This document shows, piece by piece, positions 59,346 to 64,000 of a stretch of DNA of 64,000 bases. This DNA is from Cyanophora paradoxa CCMP329 (taxonomy: Eukaryota; Plantae; Glaucophyta): assembly GCA_004431415.1 (NCBI GenBank), contig QPMI01000210.1, positions 1 through 64,000 of the forward strand, read 5' to 3'. Made by a program: the position numbers and the translations under genes. Each line of letters opens with the position of its first letter. The first letter of the stretch is position 1. Below the pieces are notes generated by a model. It made no database searches. It saw only the letters and a list, made by a program, of their open reading frames with translations, and had not been told where the DNA came from.

Positions 59346-61209
59346 GGGGGGGGGCCGACGAGGAGGGGAGCGGGGTACACGCGTGGGAGGGGACTTGCAA
59401 TTGGAGGGCGCCGGCGGTAAGGCGGGCCGAGAGGTACAGGGCCGCATTAAAGGCGTGAAGCGGGTCGTCTTCAGAGGAGGCGGGGGGTACCCCGAAGATC
59501 GCCAGCAGCACGATGTCGTCCTGCGAGGTACGCTCGCGGCGGATTCGGGGGAAAGGGGGGGGGGGGTCAGGGCGTCAGGGGGTACCAAAGCCGAAAAACA
59601 AGGGGGGGGGGGGGGGGGGCGAGCTTGGGCGGTGATCGCCGAGGAGGCCCGGGAGAAAATGGAGGGGCGCCCGGCGGCGGACACTAGCGCTCCGGGTCGG
59701 AGAGGGCGGAGAGGGCGGAGAGGGTGCCGCCTCCGGTCCGCCTGTAGCGGCGGCACCCGCGGCCGGTGATCATGAGTGGCTCACGTGGCTCAGGCGGGTC
59801 ACGCTAGAGTCCGAGGTGGGGCCCAGGGAGTGCCCGGCCCCGTAGCCGAAGCCCGCGGCCGCCGCCTCCTCCCCCCCGGACTGCCGCCAGAGGGCACGGG
59901 CCGAGCGCGCGTCCGAGGGGCCGTCGCCGTGTGCAGCCGGCGGCTCCAGGACCGATAGCGAGACCGACCGGGGGGCGATTCCGCATGGGCGCGGCCGGCG
60001 AGAGGGCCACGGGAGGGGGGGGAAGCCGGCGTGAGCCCCGGCGTGGGGTGCCTAGGCCTGGGCTGGCGAGACGGCCGGCGAGGGGAAGATGGCGTCCTTG
60101 AGGCGCGACAGGGCGCCGGCGCCGCCGCCGTGGAGCGATCGGGCCGAGTCGAGGTGGGAAGGGGCGGGCGAGCCGGGGGGCTGCTCGAGGGCCGGGGCCG
60201 GGGCCGCCCAAAGCGGTGCGCGGTGGAGGGCCGGGCTGCGGCTGCGGCTGCGGCTGCGGCGGCTGCTGCGGAGGCCGAGCCCGACGAGGCTCCGCCCGAT
60301 TCGCCGCTGCGGGCTGGGGCATCCTCGATGGACACGCGCAGCCCCACTCGATGCCGCCTGATCATGAGGGGACGGCGAGCCGGCGCCCGCGGCCGCGGCC
60401 GGGAGCGTGCTGCCGGCGCCCGGGAGGGAACCGCCGCCGGAGCGGGCCAGGGCGGCCCGCGCCTCCGCCATCGCCGAGAGGATCGGGCTCTCGGCGCCTT
60501 GCGAGAGGGCGAACGAATCCGATCGCGATCGATATCGCGACACGGTCTCGCTCCGCCGCCGGTCGCCCGGGCCCGTCCCCGGCGAGGCCACCCCGCGGCA
60601 CCGAACCCGTTGATGCCCGCGACGCTCTTCCGGCGCCGCAGGAACGTCGTGTCGCCCGCGGCGCCGCCGCCGAGGCCGCGCCTATAGCTATATATAGCTA
60701 GGCCGGCGCCGCCGGCGCGCGCGCGCCGGCGAGGGCCGAGATATCGATCTAGAGCTCGAGGCCTAGGTCGGCCTCTCCGTCCATGAACGTCTGCGCATGC
60801 GCGCGCGAGCTGCGAGCGAGCTCGAGCGAACGTTAACGAACGAGCGAACGAATCGAAGTCAGAGCAGAGAACGCACATGCATATGTGTGTACAGTCGACG
60901 GGGGGTGCTGCGTCGGCCAGCTCCCTCGCGTAGTGCTCCGCGTATACGTAGTGCTCGTCCCCTAACGAGCGCTAAGGGGGGGCGGAGGGGGGGAAGGAGG
61001 GGGGAAGAGAGGCGTGGGGAGAGACAAGCGGGAGGGTACGCGTGCTGAACAGCGCGAGAGCGGCCGCGGTTTGCTCGGTCGCGAGGCCTAGGACCTTCGA
61101 GCTTGAGTGCAAGAGGACCGTACGCGTGCAGAAGGCTCGAGCGCCCCAGCCACACTTCGCCTCGAGTTCAAAACACATCGTAGGCCGCTCGCCGCCCGCG
61201 GACGCGGCC

Positions 61210-63231
61210 ATGCCCGTCTTTGCGGAGACGTTCGCCTCTCGTGCGAAACAGAGACCGCCATCGCCGGCGAAGCGGCCCGAGTCGCCGCTGTCGGGCCGCG
61301 GCAGGCCGGCATCGCCGCTGCGCGCTCCATCGTCGAGTTCGCGCCCACCGTCGACAAGCGAGTCGCAGTCGAAGACAAGCGAATCGAGTGTCGCAACTCG
61401 GCAGCGCAGGCCGGGCAATGCTGCTCGCCCTCGAACACAAGACGTGTCCGACTCGGCGCTGGATTCGCTCACGCAAGCCATCAATCGGCTTCAACGATCG
61501 TTCAGCGAGGTTCGACAGACGCGGGAATCCATCATGTCCGCGCTGGAGACCGGTTCCTCCGGTCCATCCAGCTCCGCCCCGCCTGAAGGCCCGCCGCGCG
61601 AGCGGCCCCAGTGGGCCCTCATGGTCGACCGAGGGACGTTTTCGGGCCCAGCTAATGGGTCACGGCCCCCGACGACGGACGCCGCCTCGCCGTCGGAGAC
61701 CGCCTCGCCGCCGGCGAGCCTCGCGCCTCCCCCGGTCGCCTCTTCCTCGCACGGCAACGGCGACGCCGCCGCTTTCGCACCCAACGAAGGCAAGCGCCAT
61801 CCGCCCCGGCTTCGCGCGGGGGCGCCCGTAACCCGAAGGGCAGGCGAGGCGGGCCGGAGGGCGACCTTCGCGCTCTCGCCCGAGTTGGAGCTGTTCGACC
61901 GGGCGCCGCAGCCCGAGCGGCAGTCGCCCCAGGCGGCCGCGCGCCGCCGTCCCCGCCTCGCCGAGTCGCCCGGGCCGGTGAGCGCCCCGCCCTTGCGCAC
62001 GGCGCCGGGGGCGGGGCCGAGGGGCGGGCAGAGCGTGGATATCGCGCCGGCGCGGGGCAGCCGCCAGGCCGACGAGGCGTCCAGCCCCTCAAGCATGACC
62101 GTCTCCGTCGGCCCACCCGAGCCGCCCCCGCGCTCCCGCGCCGGAGCCGGCCCCGGGCCCCGCGGCCGGCCTCGAGAGTGCCCCGGCCTTGGACCGCGCC
62201 GCCCTCGACTGGCTGCTTCGGGCCGGCTCCGAGAGGGCAGCGCTCCGCGCCTGGGCCGCCGAGCCGCCGCCGCCGACCTCGCCGCCGCCGGCGTCAGCCG
62301 CCAGCTCGCCATCGGGACGGCGCGGCGGGAGCCCGGCCAAGAGCCACTCGGCCTTCGATCCCGACCGCGAGCTCCAGAGCTACCGCGCCAACGTGCGCGC
62401 CGCCCTCGCCGGTGCCGCCCGCCCCTCCCCCGCCCCTCGCCCGCCCCGCACCGGCCGCCGAGCCGGCCCCGGCAGCGCTGCAGCGGGGCCAGGCGGCGGA
62501 GACGGACCCCCTGGACGAGGCGGAGGAGGCCGGCGGCGAGGCGGCCGCCGCACTGCGCTGGGCCACGCGGGCGCGCCCGGCCGGCGCCGGCTCGCAGTCC
62601 ACCCTCCTTCGCTCCTCGCTCGAGCGCTCCGAGGTGCGCCCCGCCGGCGCCCCGGCCCGCCGGCCGCCGTCCGCCAACCTCAGGCCGGGCGGCAGCGGCC
62701 GGCGCGGCCCCCGTCGCCATCAGCGCGGGCGCGGGCGCGGGGCTCTCCGGTCCGAGCCGCCTCTCTCGAGCGGTGCGCGCGCGCCGCTGCCAGCCGCCGG
62801 CGGGTGGCCTGAGCGGGTCGCGCAGGCTGGGGGCGGCGGAGTGGCGGCGGGAGGAGACGGGGCGGGGCCTGGCGCTAGAGCGGGGCAGGCCGGGGCGGGG
62901 GCGGCGGGGCGGGGGCGGCGGGCACGTGTCGTCGGACCTGGGGGCGGCGGAGACGTGGAACTGCCTGCGGGCGCTTGCCGACGGCCTCGCCCGCCCCTGG
63001 CTGCCCCTCCGCGACCAGGCCCGGGTGCCGTGCCCCGCCCCCTGCTCCCGCTCTCGGCGGCTGAGGGCGGGGGCGGGGCAGGGCTGGGAGGAGCGGGTGG
63101 AGGGGGCGCGGGCCAGCGTGAGCGCGCGCCGGCTCGCCGACATCGAGTCCTACTTCGTCGCCCGCGCCCGCGAGTCCTTCGGGAGCCCCGCCTACCCCCG
63201 CCCCCACGCCTCCCGGCCCCTAGCCCTCTAG
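61210..63231 (+). CDS. Hypothetical Ser/Pro-rich protein with a small helical C-terminal domain (multi-exon)
   Basis: ATG at 61210, LDSLTQAINRLQRSFSEVRQ, and a C-terminal ETWNCLRALADGLARPWLPLRDQ|GWEERVEG. Intron 63025-63081 is typical. Confidence 0.55.
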   Translation: MPVFAETFASRAKQRPPSPAKRPESPLSGRGRPASPLRAPSSSSRPPSTSESQSKTSESSVATRQRRPGNAARPRTQDVSDSALDSLTQAINRLQRSFSEVRQTRESIMSALETGSSGPSSSAPPEGPPRERPQWALMVDRGTFSGPANGSRPPTTDAASPSETASPPASLAPPPVASSSHGNGDAAAFAPNEGKRHPPRLRAGAPVTRRAGEAGRRATFALSPELELFDRAPQPERQSPQAAARRRPRLAESPGPVSAPPLRTAPGAGPRGGQSVDIAPARGSRQADEASSPSSMTVSVGPPEPPPRSRAGAGPGPRGRPRECPGLGPRRPRLAASGRLREGSAPRLGRRAAAADLAAAGVSRQLAIGTARREPGQEPLGLRSRPRAPELPRQRARRPRRCRPPLPRPSPAPHRPPSRPRQRCSGARRRRRTPWTRRRRPAARRPPHCAGPRGRARPAPARSPPSFAPRSSAPRCAPPAPRPAGRRPPTSGRAAAAGAAPVAISAGAGAGLSGPSRLSRAVRARRCQPPAGGLSGSRRLGAAEWRREETGRGLALERGRPGRGRRGGGGGHVSSDLGAAETWNCLRALADGLARPWLPLRDQARVPCPAPCSRSRRLRAGAGQGWEERVEGARASVSARRLADIESYFVARARESFGSPAYPRPHASRPLAL

Positions 63232-64000
63232 ATCTGCTTCATTTCGCCCCCTTCCTTCATTTAATTTATCCGCGTGGCAAATAGTCATCAGTACTCAGTG
63301 ACTATTACTGGTTCCGCGCGTACTGCAAATTCGAATTCTGGCGAAAGGGCGAGGCTAATCCGATATCGATGATCTTTTTGACGGGGCCGTGCGACCGGCG
63401 CCGGCAGGCTGGCTGCAGATCCGGAGTCCGGAATCGGACCCTGCAGGTCCCTGCTGCGGCGCCGCGCCCCCGCGGGCCGGGGGGCCGCCGGGCCGGGGGC
63501 CGGGCCGGGGCCGGGCCGGGCCGGGCCGGGGCCCGGTCTGCTGGTCGCTTCCGTCTTAATTTCACTTGCTAACATGCATGCATATATATGCAGCTGGCTT
63601 TGCTAGCTTAATAATAATTTGCAAAAATCAAGTATAAAACATCTCTATATTTTCGAATTCTTGATATAATATTGTTCCATGCGCATATGCATATTTCTAA
63701 TTAATTAAGTTTCTTAAAAGATATTCAAGTGATCATGCTGGCGCCCCGTCCGCGCTAGCGCTAGCTAGCTAGCCCGGCGGCCCCGAGCCTCCGGCGATCG
63801 CGAGCCCCGCGCCGGCGCCGGCCGGCCGGCGCGCGGCCGCCGGCCGGGCGCCGGCCGCGGGCCGCGGGCCCCGCGTCGGATCGGACGGTCCGGCAGGCAT
63901 AGGGCCTAGGCCCTGCTGATCATGAGGGAGACATCGAACTTGATCGAAGGCTTTGCAAATTGCAAACCGCAGAAGCAGCCGGCTCAGCTGCAGCTGCGCC

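Noticed and set aside
465-63284. Numerous long Arg/Pro/Gly/Ala-rich ORFs on both strands
   Set aside because: These are artefacts of very high GC and read-through of GC-rich introns or antisense frames of real genes.

Overview
This is very GC-rich, gene-dense nuclear DNA from a photosynthetic eukaryote. It has many short (about 45-130 nt) spliceosomal introns, so most six-frame ORFs are spurious. The Phe-containing transit-peptide-like N-termini and the intron style suggest a glaucophyte such as Cyanophora; this is inference. Genes reconstructed by manual splicing are: a PAO/TIC55-family Rieske oxygenase, a stand-alone response regulator, a coiled-coil protein, an ASF1-like protein, an F-box/LRR protein, HPRT, an MscS channel, a KKxx-tailed membrane protein, glutamine synthetase II, a Vps62-like protein, ATE1, a TMEM214-like protein and two unknowns. 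Four things stand out. (1) A 599-bp TRIM-type LTR element (4221-4819) whose identical 144-bp LTRs carry a tRNA-derived A-box/B-box Pol III promoter, a tRNA analogue of the 5S-bearing Cassandra elements. (2) A 4236-bp non-autonomous CACTA-like transposon carrying a zinc-finger/SIM cargo gene, inserted in codon 14 of a predicted N-myristoylated DUF4062-NACHT-WD40 (NLR-like) gene. (3) An ATE1 arginyltransferase with an internal arginyl-tRNA-synthetase N-terminal-like domain. (4) A gene of about 13-14.5 kb joining a His-less caspase-like domain, a Upf1-like helicase, a TRANK1/UvrD-like helicase, duplicated helical repeats and possibly LRRs. All domain calls come from motifs recognised by eye; no searches were run. 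Coordinates of spliced genes span introns.
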